From Ignavibacteriota bacterium (GTDB taxonomy: Bacteria > Bacteroidota > Ignavibacteria > UBA10030), in assembly GCA_963701295.1 (NCBI GenBank), contig OY969585.1, positions 864,001 through 928,000 on the forward strand: DNA of 64,000 nt, in the 5' to 3' direction. Shown here one piece after another: positions 39,058-50,305 of this stretch; the first letter of the stretch is position 1, and every line of letters begins with the position of its first letter. A model generated the notes under the pieces. The model saw only the letters and a list, made by a program, of their open reading frames with translations. It was not told the origin of the DNA and ran no database searches. The position numbers were made by a program, and so were the translations under genes.

Positions 39058-39609
39058 TTACTTAAGATGTTCTTTAAGATACACTAAACCCATAGCAATC
39101 ATTGCCACCCAACCCATCACTTTTACTTCACGCTGCAAGAGTTTTTGTTCCACTTCTTCAATTGATAATTCAACGAGTTCTATTTCTTCTAAATCATCAA
39201 TTATGGGTTCGCCGATCTTGTGAGTATGGAGTGCAAGAAAGAGATTTCCATTTCCGCCGCCATGATTGCCGTTATTGGGATAACTGCCGAGAGGAATCCA
39301 TTCCGATGCTTCACATCCCATTTCCTCTCTCAACTCCCGTTTTGCAGCTGCGAGAGCATCCTCTCCCCGTTCAAGATATCCGCCTATAGGAGCAAGAGAA
39401 GTTCCCTGAACGGCATACTTGGTTTGACAAAACAAGAAGAGTGTTTTTCGATCTGTCAAAGGAAGGACAAGCACATAATCCGGCGACGCAATCCATGGCC
39501 AGTTATCAATGATTGTACCGTCCGGTAATTCGATCGTATGCTTTTCAACCTTGAGATATTTGCTGTGGTCGAGAATTATTTCTTTTTTCAGAGTCTTCCA
39601 TTGATGCAT
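39058..39609 (-). CDS. NUDIX hydrolase (ADP-ribose pyrophosphatase-like)
   Basis: Nudix box GGYLERGEDALAAAKRELREEMG. Confidence 0.9.
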   Translation of the reverse strand: MHQWKTLKKEIILDHSKYLKVEKHTIELPDGTIIDNWPWIASPDYVLVLPLTDRKTLFLFCQTKYAVQGTSLAPIGGYLERGEDALAAAKRELREEMGCEASEWIPLGSYPNNGNHGGGNGNLFLALHTHKIGEPIIDDLEEIELVELSIEEVEQKLLQREVKVMGWVAMIAMGLVYLKEHLK

Positions 39610-39681
39610 AATTTAATCCTGAGAAAAGGTAGAATTGGTTATCATACACATTCTTCTTATAGTGAATGAAGGCAATTTCAA

Positions 39682-39710
39682 ACTATACGTCCAGGTACAA
39701 ACCATTTCAA
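39682..39710 (-). promoter_or_regulatory. Candidate sigma70 promoter for the NUDIX gene
   Basis: TTGAAA-N17-TATAGT. Confidence 0.55.
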
Positions 39711-39806
39711 GAATAACCTACGAAGAGGCATCGATTAGGAAATCGTTCTAGAGGTGTCTAAGATTTCCGAAAACTCATGCGTACGATAATGTTCAAGTGA
39801 GTTGTT

Positions 39807-40673
39807 CTAGTTCTTTTTCTTTTGTTCTGCCTCTGGTGAGCGGGCTAACTGCACAGAAAGCCATAATTCTAATTGTCTCGGCTTTTCTTTATTCTCCCAT
39901 GCACTACCTCGACGACCGCCATCATTATAGCCGTGACCTTCATGTTCCCCACCTTCCATCTGTGAATCTCCCACCTCGTTCCCACTCGATCCTTCTTTCG
40001 GACGTGTCCCCATTTTCATTTTGTCACGATTGAATTCTTCTGTCTCGAGTCCAATGCCAATACGATTTGCAGAAGTGACTCCGATAGCGAAAGGAGTATG
40101 CGGTGTCTTTCTCAAGGGGACTTGAAGTTCATACACCAATGATTCTTGTGAGCGGCCAATCTTTACACGAATGCCAGGTACATCCAGTGTAGAAAAGCGT
40201 TGAACATTTTCCTTTTGAGCACCGACAATTTCTAATTCCAATAACGCCTGCTCAGGAGCTGAATGTATCTGTTCCTCGTCAGACTCGGGATGAAATTCTG
40301 GGCGTGCGTCTTGTCTGGCCAGCGGATACCGAATACCGAAGGAATGGTCATTGCCGCCATCAGCATCAAACCATACAGTGAAGCCTGCTCTCATCATTTG
40401 CATTTGAGTTGTGCGGTTTTGTGTTTTCAGAAAGAGGTACACATAATCATCATCGTTGCGGATGCTGTACACAATGTCGGATTCTTTGTCGTAATACAGT
40501 CCCCGTTGCCATTCAGTGCCACTGCCATCAATAACAATATCCTCTTGCCGCCAAGTACTTGAGAGTTTAAGCGAACTGCTACAGCCAGAAAAAGCTGCGG
40601 CTCCGATAAGAAATCCACAAAGAAGAACAACTCTCATTTGTCTTCTACGATCAATAGAATTAGTTTTGTCCAC
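39807..40673 (-). CDS. Hypothetical lipoprotein
   Basis: SD AGGAGG; lipobox FSGC; IVIDG...EW, ND..YVYL, GIRYP, LVYEL.VPL; Gly-rich C-terminal loop. Confidence 0.75.
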   Translation of the reverse strand: MDKTNSIDRRRQMRVVLLCGFLIGAAAFSGCSSSLKLSSTWRQEDIVIDGSGTEWQRGLYYDKESDIVYSIRNDDDYVYLFLKTQNRTTQMQMMRAGFTVWFDADGGNDHSFGIRYPLARQDARPEFHPESDEEQIHSAPEQALLELEIVGAQKENVQRFSTLDVPGIRVKIGRSQESLVYELQVPLRKTPHTPFAIGVTSANRIGIGLETEEFNRDKMKMGTRPKEGSSGNEVGDSQMEGGEHEGHGYNDGGRRGSAWENKEKPRQLELWLSVQLARSPEAEQKKKN

Positions 40674-40736
40674 TCTTATTCCTCCTGTATTGTCGTTCGC
40701 TTCATGCTATTTTACTGTGGTCACCATGCTCACAGT

Positions 40737-40764
40737 TTGACGAAAAGACAACGCATTAGTTTCA
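40737..40764 (-). promoter_or_regulatory. Candidate ECF-sigma promoter
   Basis: TGAAAC-N16-CGTCAA about 65 nt upstream of the lipoprotein start. Confidence 0.55.
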
Positions 40765-40948
40765 ATAGATGACGAGGAATTGGTTGTGTTCTCAGAATAA
40801 TTTACTAACTTACAATAATATTAGATGATATTCCTAAGATTATAGAAATTCAAATCTTCTCTTCTTGGGGAGAAACATGCATCAGCCAGTTCTTGCATAC
40901 TTTTTTAAATCCCTTTTCAAAATAAATAAACATATGAATGAGGTTTTT

Positions 40949-43090
40949 ATGAGACTTACTCTCTGGAAATTATGTACTGCATCTGTTGTTTTTGCGTTGT
41001 TCTTTCATGGGTGTTCCACTCAACAAGCAATAAAGGGCAACGAATATAATTATATTGATTTCGATACAGTTCACGCAGGACAATATGATACCGGTAAGAT
41101 GTGGACATTTGATTTTCCACCGATAGAATACTTTACTAAGACCTATGGCTTTACTCCAACGAAGGAATGGTTTGAGAAGGTGCGCTTATCTGCCTTGCGC
41201 CTTCCGAATTGCACGGCCTCCTTTGTCTCAGAAGACGGTTTAGTCATGACGAACCATCACTGTGCCCGTTCCGCATTGGATAGTGTGAGCAGGGAAGGCG
41301 AACGATTGGCGGAAGCCGGTTTCTACGCCGCCGCATTAGACTCAGAGCGGAAAGCACCGAGCATCTATGTTGACCAACTTCTTGTCATAGAAGATGTGAC
41401 GAATGAAGTTCAACAGGCATTCAATAGCGGCAGTACAGATCATGAGCAAATTACGAACCGGATTGACAAAATGCGGCAGATCAGTGACCGTTTCTCGGCA
41501 AAATACAAAAGCATCGCACCACAAGATTCTATGATATTTAATGTGCAGTCCTTCTATAACGGGGGACGATTTTCGCTCTATGGATATAAGCGCTACACAG
41601 ATGTTCGTTTGGTCTATGCGCCGGAAGATGCCATGGCATTCTTTGGCGGTGATCCTGATAATTTTACCTATCCGAGGTACGACTTTGATTGCGCTTTCTT
41701 CCGTGTCTACGAGAATGGGAAGCCCCTCAAAACTGAAAATTTTTTCCGCATGAGCCAGGACGGCGCACACGAAGGTGATGCGGTGTTCGTTATTGGAAAT
41801 CCAGGCAGTACAAGCCGATTGAAAACCGTAGTCCAGTTGGAATACTTGCGCGACATCATTTATCCAGCAAATGTTGAAGCGAATGAGAAGGTGGGAACAA
41901 TCTATTCGTCGTATGTCATGATTCACCCGGAGGCCAAGTTGAAGTACCTGAATACTATTTTCGGATTAGAAAATTCACGCAAGGCTGTCACCGGTTATCT
42001 GAGTGGATTGCGCGATCCTCTCCTGATGGCAAGGAAAAAAGATTTTGAGAAAAGGTTTCGGAACACTGTATTCAACACGCCGGAACTCCATTCGCGTATC
42101 GGCGACCCATGGAAAGATATTGCATCTTACCAGAAAGAGCTTTCCGCTCTTTATCCTGAATTCAATGCACTGAGATTTCGCGGCCGTAACTTTGTGAAAT
42201 ATTTATCGCTCGCAGACAGTCTCGTCAGAATTGCAAATGAGTCGAATGATTCAATCACTTTATCCATCAGAGAGAAATTTTACCCTTCGAATCTGGTGCC
42301 TGACATTGAAACCCAGCTGCTTACCTTCCGCTTAGACATAATGAAAAGAGCATTCGACGGGAAGTATAAAGCATTTGACCGCTTACTCTCCGGACGCACA
42401 CCCGCGCAAGCCGCAGAGTACCTATCTGCACACTCAATTATTGCATCGAAAGAGAAAACCAATGCCATGCTGTCCGGATCACCGAAAGCTATACTCCAGT
42501 CGTCCGATCCGCTGATAGCATTCATCGTCGCAACACAAGAGCGTGTTGCCGAGCTTCAGAAGAAATACCGAGAGATCAATGAAAAGATAGAGGCGCGCGA
42601 ACAAGTACTCGGGAGAGCGATGTATGAAATTTATGGAACTCAAATTCCGCCGGATGCAACCTTCAGCCTGCGCATTGCAGACGGCACTGTGAAAAAATAC
42701 GAATACAACGGCACCATCGCACCAGCGGTGACAACATTTTATGGATTATATGACCGGTACTATTCATTCGGGATGAAAGATCCATGGATGTTGCCCGAGC
42801 GATGGGCACATCCTCCCACATTGTTTAAGATGAACACACCGATAAACTTTATTTCAACCAACGATATTATTGGTGGAAATTCCGGCAGCCCGGTGATTAA
42901 TAAAGACTTACAGGTGGTTGGATTAATTTTCGACGGAAATATAGAAAGTCTACCAGGAAACGTCATCTATGACGATATGAAGAACCGTTCTGTTTCCGTT
43001 CATACATCCGGAATTTTGGAAGGGCTGGAACAAATTTATAAAGCGGAGAGAATCACAAAAGAATTACGTGCAGGGAAGATAACGCAGTAA
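40949..43090 (+). CDS. S46-family dipeptidyl peptidase (lipoprotein)
   Basis: GKMWTF, CTASFVSEDGLVMTNHHC, FGGDPDNF, PDATFSLR, DIIGGNSGSPV; lipobox FHGC; start at ATG 40949. Confidence 0.93.
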   Translation: MRLTLWKLCTASVVFALFFHGCSTQQAIKGNEYNYIDFDTVHAGQYDTGKMWTFDFPPIEYFTKTYGFTPTKEWFEKVRLSALRLPNCTASFVSEDGLVMTNHHCARSALDSVSREGERLAEAGFYAAALDSERKAPSIYVDQLLVIEDVTNEVQQAFNSGSTDHEQITNRIDKMRQISDRFSAKYKSIAPQDSMIFNVQSFYNGGRFSLYGYKRYTDVRLVYAPEDAMAFFGGDPDNFTYPRYDFDCAFFRVYENGKPLKTENFFRMSQDGAHEGDAVFVIGNPGSTSRLKTVVQLEYLRDIIYPANVEANEKVGTIYSSYVMIHPEAKLKYLNTIFGLENSRKAVTGYLSGLRDPLLMARKKDFEKRFRNTVFNTPELHSRIGDPWKDIASYQKELSALYPEFNALRFRGRNFVKYLSLADSLVRIANESNDSITLSIREKFYPSNLVPDIETQLLTFRLDIMKRAFDGKYKAFDRLLSGRTPAQAAEYLSAHSIIASKEKTNAMLSGSPKAILQSSDPLIAFIVATQERVAELQKKYREINEKIEAREQVLGRAMYEIYGTQIPPDATFSLRIADGTVKKYEYNGTIAPAVTTFYGLYDRYYSFGMKDPWMLPERWAHPPTLFKMNTPINFISTNDIIGGNSGSPVINKDLQVVGLIFDGNIESLPGNVIYDDMKNRSVSVHTSGILEGLEQIYKAERITKELRAGKITQ

Positions 43091-43096
43091 GAACAG

Positions 43097-43118
43097 CACT
43101 CTACTATTGGGTAGAGTG
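43097..43118. terminator. Hairpin between convergent S46 and xerD genes
   Basis: CACTCTAC-N6-GTAGAGTG. Confidence 0.5.
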
Positions 43119-43176
43119 GCCATCTTCCGAAAGCACTTTCAGGTACTATCTCAAGAAATTTTCAGAAAGTTTCTTT

Positions 43177-44127
43177 TTACCCGCGTGGATGGAACGTACG
43201 GTGAACTTCTTTGAGATACTCTCGGTCAATGTGAGTATAGATTTGTGTTGTCGAGATATCGGCATGGCCAAGCATTTCCTGAACAACGCGGAGGTCAGCA
43301 CCTCCTTCCAGCATATGTGTAGCGAATGAATGACGGAATGTGTGCGGATGCACTTTCTTCCCAATCCCTGATGTGAGAGAATATTTTTCCACTAACTTTC
43401 GGATCATATCTCGTGTTAGTTTTGTCCCACGAATATTGAGAAAGAGATAATCCTGTGATTTACCTGCTTTGGCAAGATGAACACGCGATTGTTTCTGATA
43501 TTCCTCTATCCACTGCCGTGCCGAACGACCAATGGGCACTAATCTCTCCTTGGATCCTTTTCCGTAGACAAGAATCAGTCCATCATCGACCATATAATTT
43601 GATTGTTTCAGGAAAACAAGTTCTGACACACGAATGCCAGTGGCATAAAGTGTTTCGAGCATTGCACGGTCGCGAATACCAAGCCGGCTGGAAGTGTTCG
43701 GCTGCTTCAGGATTTCATCTACTTCGGCGATGCTTAAAACCTCCGGCAGATTTTTTTCTTGCCTCGGTGAATCGATGATCTGTGTTGGATCGTCTTTTAC
43801 TTCTTCTTCGCCAAGAAGGTAGCGATGGAATCCGCGTATCGTCGAAAGAATCCTGGCAACGCTTCGTGCTGTAAGGTTCCGTCGATGCAGCGTCGCCAGA
43901 AACTTACCAATGTGTTCCTCCGTTACACCAGATGCTTCATGAACTCCCGAGTGGATAAGGTAACTGCGATATTTAGCGAAGTCAAACTTGTAAGAAACCA
44001 GTGTCTGAGGTGAAAGATTTTTTTCTAGCCGGAGAAATTCAAGATAGTTGCGAATCTGACGATCAAGCCCTGTTGTGGCAGATTTATGTTCAACAGCTTG
44101 CTTTATTATGTGTGATATTTTTTTCAT
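43177..44127 (-). CDS. xerD: Site-specific tyrosine recombinase XerD
   Basis: RDRAMLETLYATGIRVSEL, GKGSKER, HPHTFRHSFATHML, LGHADISTTQIYTH, HPRG. Confidence 0.93.
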   Translation of the reverse strand: MKKISHIIKQAVEHKSATTGLDRQIRNYLEFLRLEKNLSPQTLVSYKFDFAKYRSYLIHSGVHEASGVTEEHIGKFLATLHRRNLTARSVARILSTIRGFHRYLLGEEEVKDDPTQIIDSPRQEKNLPEVLSIAEVDEILKQPNTSSRLGIRDRAMLETLYATGIRVSELVFLKQSNYMVDDGLILVYGKGSKERLVPIGRSARQWIEEYQKQSRVHLAKAGKSQDYLFLNIRGTKLTRDMIRKLVEKYSLTSGIGKKVHPHTFRHSFATHMLEGGADLRVVQEMLGHADISTTQIYTHIDREYLKEVHRTFHPRG

Positions 44128-44294
44128 ACAAAATAAATTCCCCACTGTTGTCAAAATTAAAAAACAAAGTACATGGATTCTACTGAAGGTGCAAGGCGTG
44201 TTGACAATGATAATGATGTGGTGGACAACAAACTGAAGCAGTTCGTACTTTGAAAATTGAGAATGTTCTTATGTGTAGAACACTAAAATTGCGG

Positions 44295-44627
44295 TCAACT
44301 CTTGACAGCTTTCGCCATAGTGTTATAAATCTGAAATGCGCGATCGAGATGAGAGATTTTGATGAGAGAAAGAACCTTCTTTTGGACACCCACCAGTTTT
44401 ACAATACCTCCATTTTCCCGCATCTTTCGTTCCGCAATGAGTAAGGCACTTAATCCGCTGCTGTCGCAGAATTCCACATCGGAAAGATCAATCACTAATT
44501 CTTTCTGTTGCCGCTTACAGAGAACGAGGAATTCTCCTTTCAATTCTGGTGAGATAGCGGCATCAAGCTTATGCTCATAAATTTTGAGGATCGTTGCTAC
44601 CCCATTCTTCTTAGTTTCAAAACGCAT
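44295..44627 (-). CDS. STAS-domain anti-sigma factor antagonist
   Basis: IDLSDVEFCDSSGLSAL phosphoserine motif. Confidence 0.92.
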   Translation of the reverse strand: MRFETKKNGVATILKIYEHKLDAAISPELKGEFLVLCKRQQKELVIDLSDVEFCDSSGLSALLIAERKMRENGGIVKLVGVQKKVLSLIKISHLDRAFQIYNTMAKAVKS

Positions 44628-44648
44628 ATGCAGACTCCAACAAAAGTA

Positions 44649-45188
44649 TTAAAACATATCGAGACATTTTAGAAAACTTCGGTACGTGTGTGTATTGCCG
44701 GTGGTGCCTTTCGATTGAAACTGAAAGTTATAAAATTGATCACCACCATGTTTGGCAAAGCTGACACGTAGAGGAGCCTTGGATGCCTTACAGAGAAACG
44801 CACTTGGCAGGGAAAGTCCAATATTGAGGTCCAATGCAACATCGAATGTGTTGGTCGTTATTCTTTGGAGCAGTTTCCGTCTTGGCACAAACCACGTATT
44901 GATGTCGTTTGCTGAATAGGTAAGGGTTTTCAACGAAGGGGTAGATGCCATAGAAAAAAGTTGGTCATCTCGAATAAGCACCATCATTCCCTCCAAAGAA
45001 AATTTTCGGAGGAGGTAACGGAAAAGCATCAAGACTGATTCACCATCAAGAGACGATTCAGGAAAGATTATCAGTGCTCGGCGCGATCGAGTCAATGCAT
45101 CTGTGAAGTTCATCATTCGATCGCGATTGTTCCGAAAATGTAGTTGCGAGTAAGATAATCCTACTCGGCGCCGAAAACCCTTCAACAT
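44649..45188 (-). CDS. Hypothetical protein (DUF6913 / GT9 N-terminus-like)
   Basis: FDVALDLN...SKAPLRVSF...YNF pattern. Confidence 0.55.
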   Translation of the reverse strand: MLKGFRRRVGLSYSQLHFRNNRDRMMNFTDALTRSRRALIIFPESSLDGESVLMLFRYLLRKFSLEGMMVLIRDDQLFSMASTPSLKTLTYSANDINTWFVPRRKLLQRITTNTFDVALDLNIGLSLPSAFLCKASKAPLRVSFAKHGGDQFYNFQFQSKGTTGNTHTYRSFLKCLDMF

Positions 45189-45211
45189 TCTTACCCACTT
45201 TCTCTTGCTAT

Positions 45212-45868
45212 CTACTTATGTTTCAATCGATCGCGATAAGTTTCCAGTAATTTTGTGATAAACGACTCATCAAAGAAATAGTACCGGATTTGCAAGCTTA
45301 CCCGGAAAAAACTATCGTTACTAGTATTCACCGGGCCATTGTAATATTGTGAATTTGTCATAACATATTCAGGCAATAGTGTTATGGACCAAAATTCGTT
45401 TGGGAAATAATCAAAGCCTAATCCACCGCCATACTGGATGTCAAAACTGGACACACTGACATTCGAGGGACGTAGTCCAGTTGTTGGATCCTTTGGATCA
45501 TAGAAAACAAGTCCACCGCCGACGAAGGGAAATATGTTAAAGCTGCTATTCGGCATCAAGTCGCCGCTCAAATATCCATTGAGGGACATAAGATCTGTTG
45601 TGATGGATTTGTTGGCCGCATTATTCCAAGAGAGTTGATTCATAGTAAATTTGGAACGGAGACTGAGTCCTTCCATAAGAGATATACTCATATTGACTCC
45701 GCCGCCAAATCCCGGCGAGGCATTCACGGCTCCGGCACCAAGGACATATTGCATGGAGCCGTCAACTCCGATACCGAGTTTTCCGACTCGTGTTTGCCCA
45801 ACAACCGGAGCAACAAGCATGAATATGAGAAGTAGTGATATGTAAAAACTGAACGAAGGTTTCGACAT
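45212..45868 (-). CDS. Outer-membrane beta-barrel protein (OmpA-like transmembrane domain)
   Basis: Signal peptide; PFVGGGL, GGGLGFDY, RVSLQIRYYF beta-strand motifs. Confidence 0.75.
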   Translation of the reverse strand: MSKPSFSFYISLLLIFMLVAPVVGQTRVGKLGIGVDGSMQYVLGAGAVNASPGFGGGVNMSISLMEGLSLRSKFTMNQLSWNNAANKSITTDLMSLNGYLSGDLMPNSSFNIFPFVGGGLVFYDPKDPTTGLRPSNVSVSSFDIQYGGGLGFDYFPNEFWSITLLPEYVMTNSQYYNGPVNTSNDSFFRVSLQIRYYFFDESFITKLLETYRDRLKHK

Positions 45869-45903
45869 TGTACCCTCTCTAGTAAGTGGGTGATGGTGGA
45901 TTA

Positions 45904-48739
<2,836 letters not shown>

Positions 48740-48873
48740 ACTGGAAGGTCCAATGCTTCGCTTCAATCTCAGGTATGTCGCTCAATTTAAAGAGGATAGT
48801 AACAATTATTCTGACCACTTTCAAGGGAGCAAACAGGAATCAGAAGTTTTCAACGAACTACAGCCCAGCAAGA

Positions 48874-49245
48874 CTACTTAGAATCAGCATCCCGATGCAC
48901 ATTCTCAGGTGAAAAAGCTGGAATACAGACAGATATATATTCAGCGCCGCCTGTTTCTGGAGTGCTATATTGAATCCATTCTCCTCTGTTAGCAATAAAT
49001 GCTTGTCCGGATACGATATCGATTGTTCCAGATTTTGTTGTAATACGCAGCAAGCCTTGCAAGACCACGGTATATTCATCAAACTCTGGTGTCTGGCCGG
49101 GTTCAGTCCATCCACAAGGACTTTTCATCCGTGCAATACTGACATCGCTTGTGCCACTATTTACTCGACCGATAAATTCTTCGATCATCTTTAGTTTGTT
49201 TCCGGCAGCTTGAACAATAGATGGCGATGAAATAAACGATGACAT
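48874..49245 (-). CDS. Cupin-domain protein (EutQ-like)
   Basis: IEEFIGRVNS, GWTEPGQTPEFDEY, CIPAFSP. Confidence 0.85.
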   Translation of the reverse strand: MSSFISSPSIVQAAGNKLKMIEEFIGRVNSGTSDVSIARMKSPCGWTEPGQTPEFDEYTVVLQGLLRITTKSGTIDIVSGQAFIANRGEWIQYSTPETGGAEYISVCIPAFSPENVHRDADSK

Positions 49246-49300
49246 ATGAAGATATTCCTTTAAAATGAAATCTATTCACTCATCGTGTATGAAAAAGAAA

Positions 49301-50299
49301 TTATCTTGATAATTTTGCTCTTAACCCAGCAAGTTGTTCCGGAGTACCAATGACAACAAGCGTGGTATCTTTCTCAAGTACGGTAGATAGTGGAGGATTA
49401 AAGACAAATTGTTTCTCCGCGCTTTTTCGCATTGATACGAGTACAACACCTGAATCAAGAAGCGCATCACATTTTTTTAATGGTTTGCCACGGTAGTGTG
49501 TCGTTGCTCCTACTTTTACTTCTTCTACACGAAGTGCAGAATTATCGCGCAGCATTGTATTGAGAAACGACGTAGCATCCGGTCGTATCATTTCCGATGC
49601 CATTCGTAATCCACCAATGTACGGAGCAGAAACTGCAGAATCGGCACCGCTGCGGAAGAACTTCTCGCGTACTTCAATGTCATCCACTTTCGCCACTATG
49701 CGCAACTTTTGATTCATTCCACGCGCAGTGATGACGACGAACAAATTATCTTTATCCTCCGGCAACGTAGTAACAAGTCCGACCGCATGATCTATTCCTG
49801 CCGCACGAAGAACAGCATCATTTGAAGCGTCACCCTCAACAGCAGGGATACCGCGATTAAGAAGTTTCTGAACTTTTTGGGGATCCTTTTCAACGACAAC
49901 GACTTTTCGTTTTGTCCGGACAAGTTCTTCCAACACATAATGCCCGTTCTTGCCTGCACCACAGAGAATGTAATGATGTGAAATCTTTTTAACGATTCGT
50001 TCCATTTTCCGTCTCCTGAGAATTCCACCAATGCCCCCTTGTACGATGAATTGTGTTAACTCTGAGATGCCGTAGAGGATGATGCCCATGCCGCCCAGAA
50101 TAAGGAACATCGTAAAGATACGTCCGTAGGTTGTTAGGGGATGCGTCTCTCCATAACCGACAGTGGCAAGTGTAATCACTGACATATAGAGTGAATCAAA
50201 CAGAGACCACCCTTCAATGAAGTGGTAGCCAAGCGTTCCTATGACAAGAATAAACAGAAGCAGATAGACAATCTGAAGTGCATTGCGTGCGGCACTCAT
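49301..50299 (-). CDS. MthK-like potassium channel (2TM + RCK)
   Basis: TLATVGYGE filter, HYILCGAGKNG, GDAS, TrkA_C domain. Confidence 0.92.
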   Translation of the reverse strand: MSAARNALQIVYLLLFILVIGTLGYHFIEGWSLFDSLYMSVITLATVGYGETHPLTTYGRIFTMFLILGGMGIILYGISELTQFIVQGGIGGILRRRKMERIVKKISHHYILCGAGKNGHYVLEELVRTKRKVVVVEKDPQKVQKLLNRGIPAVEGDASNDAVLRAAGIDHAVGLVTTLPEDKDNLFVVITARGMNQKLRIVAKVDDIEVREKFFRSGADSAVSAPYIGGLRMASEMIRPDATSFLNTMLRDNSALRVEEVKVGATTHYRGKPLKKCDALLDSGVVLVSMRKSAEKQFVFNPPLSTVLEKDTTLVVIGTPEQLAGLRAKLSR

Positions 50300-50305
50300 G
50301 CTATT

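Noticed and set aside
43177-44127. Phage or island integrase
   Set aside because: XerD-type sequence ending HPRG in a housekeeping context, with no att site, tRNA or cargo genes.
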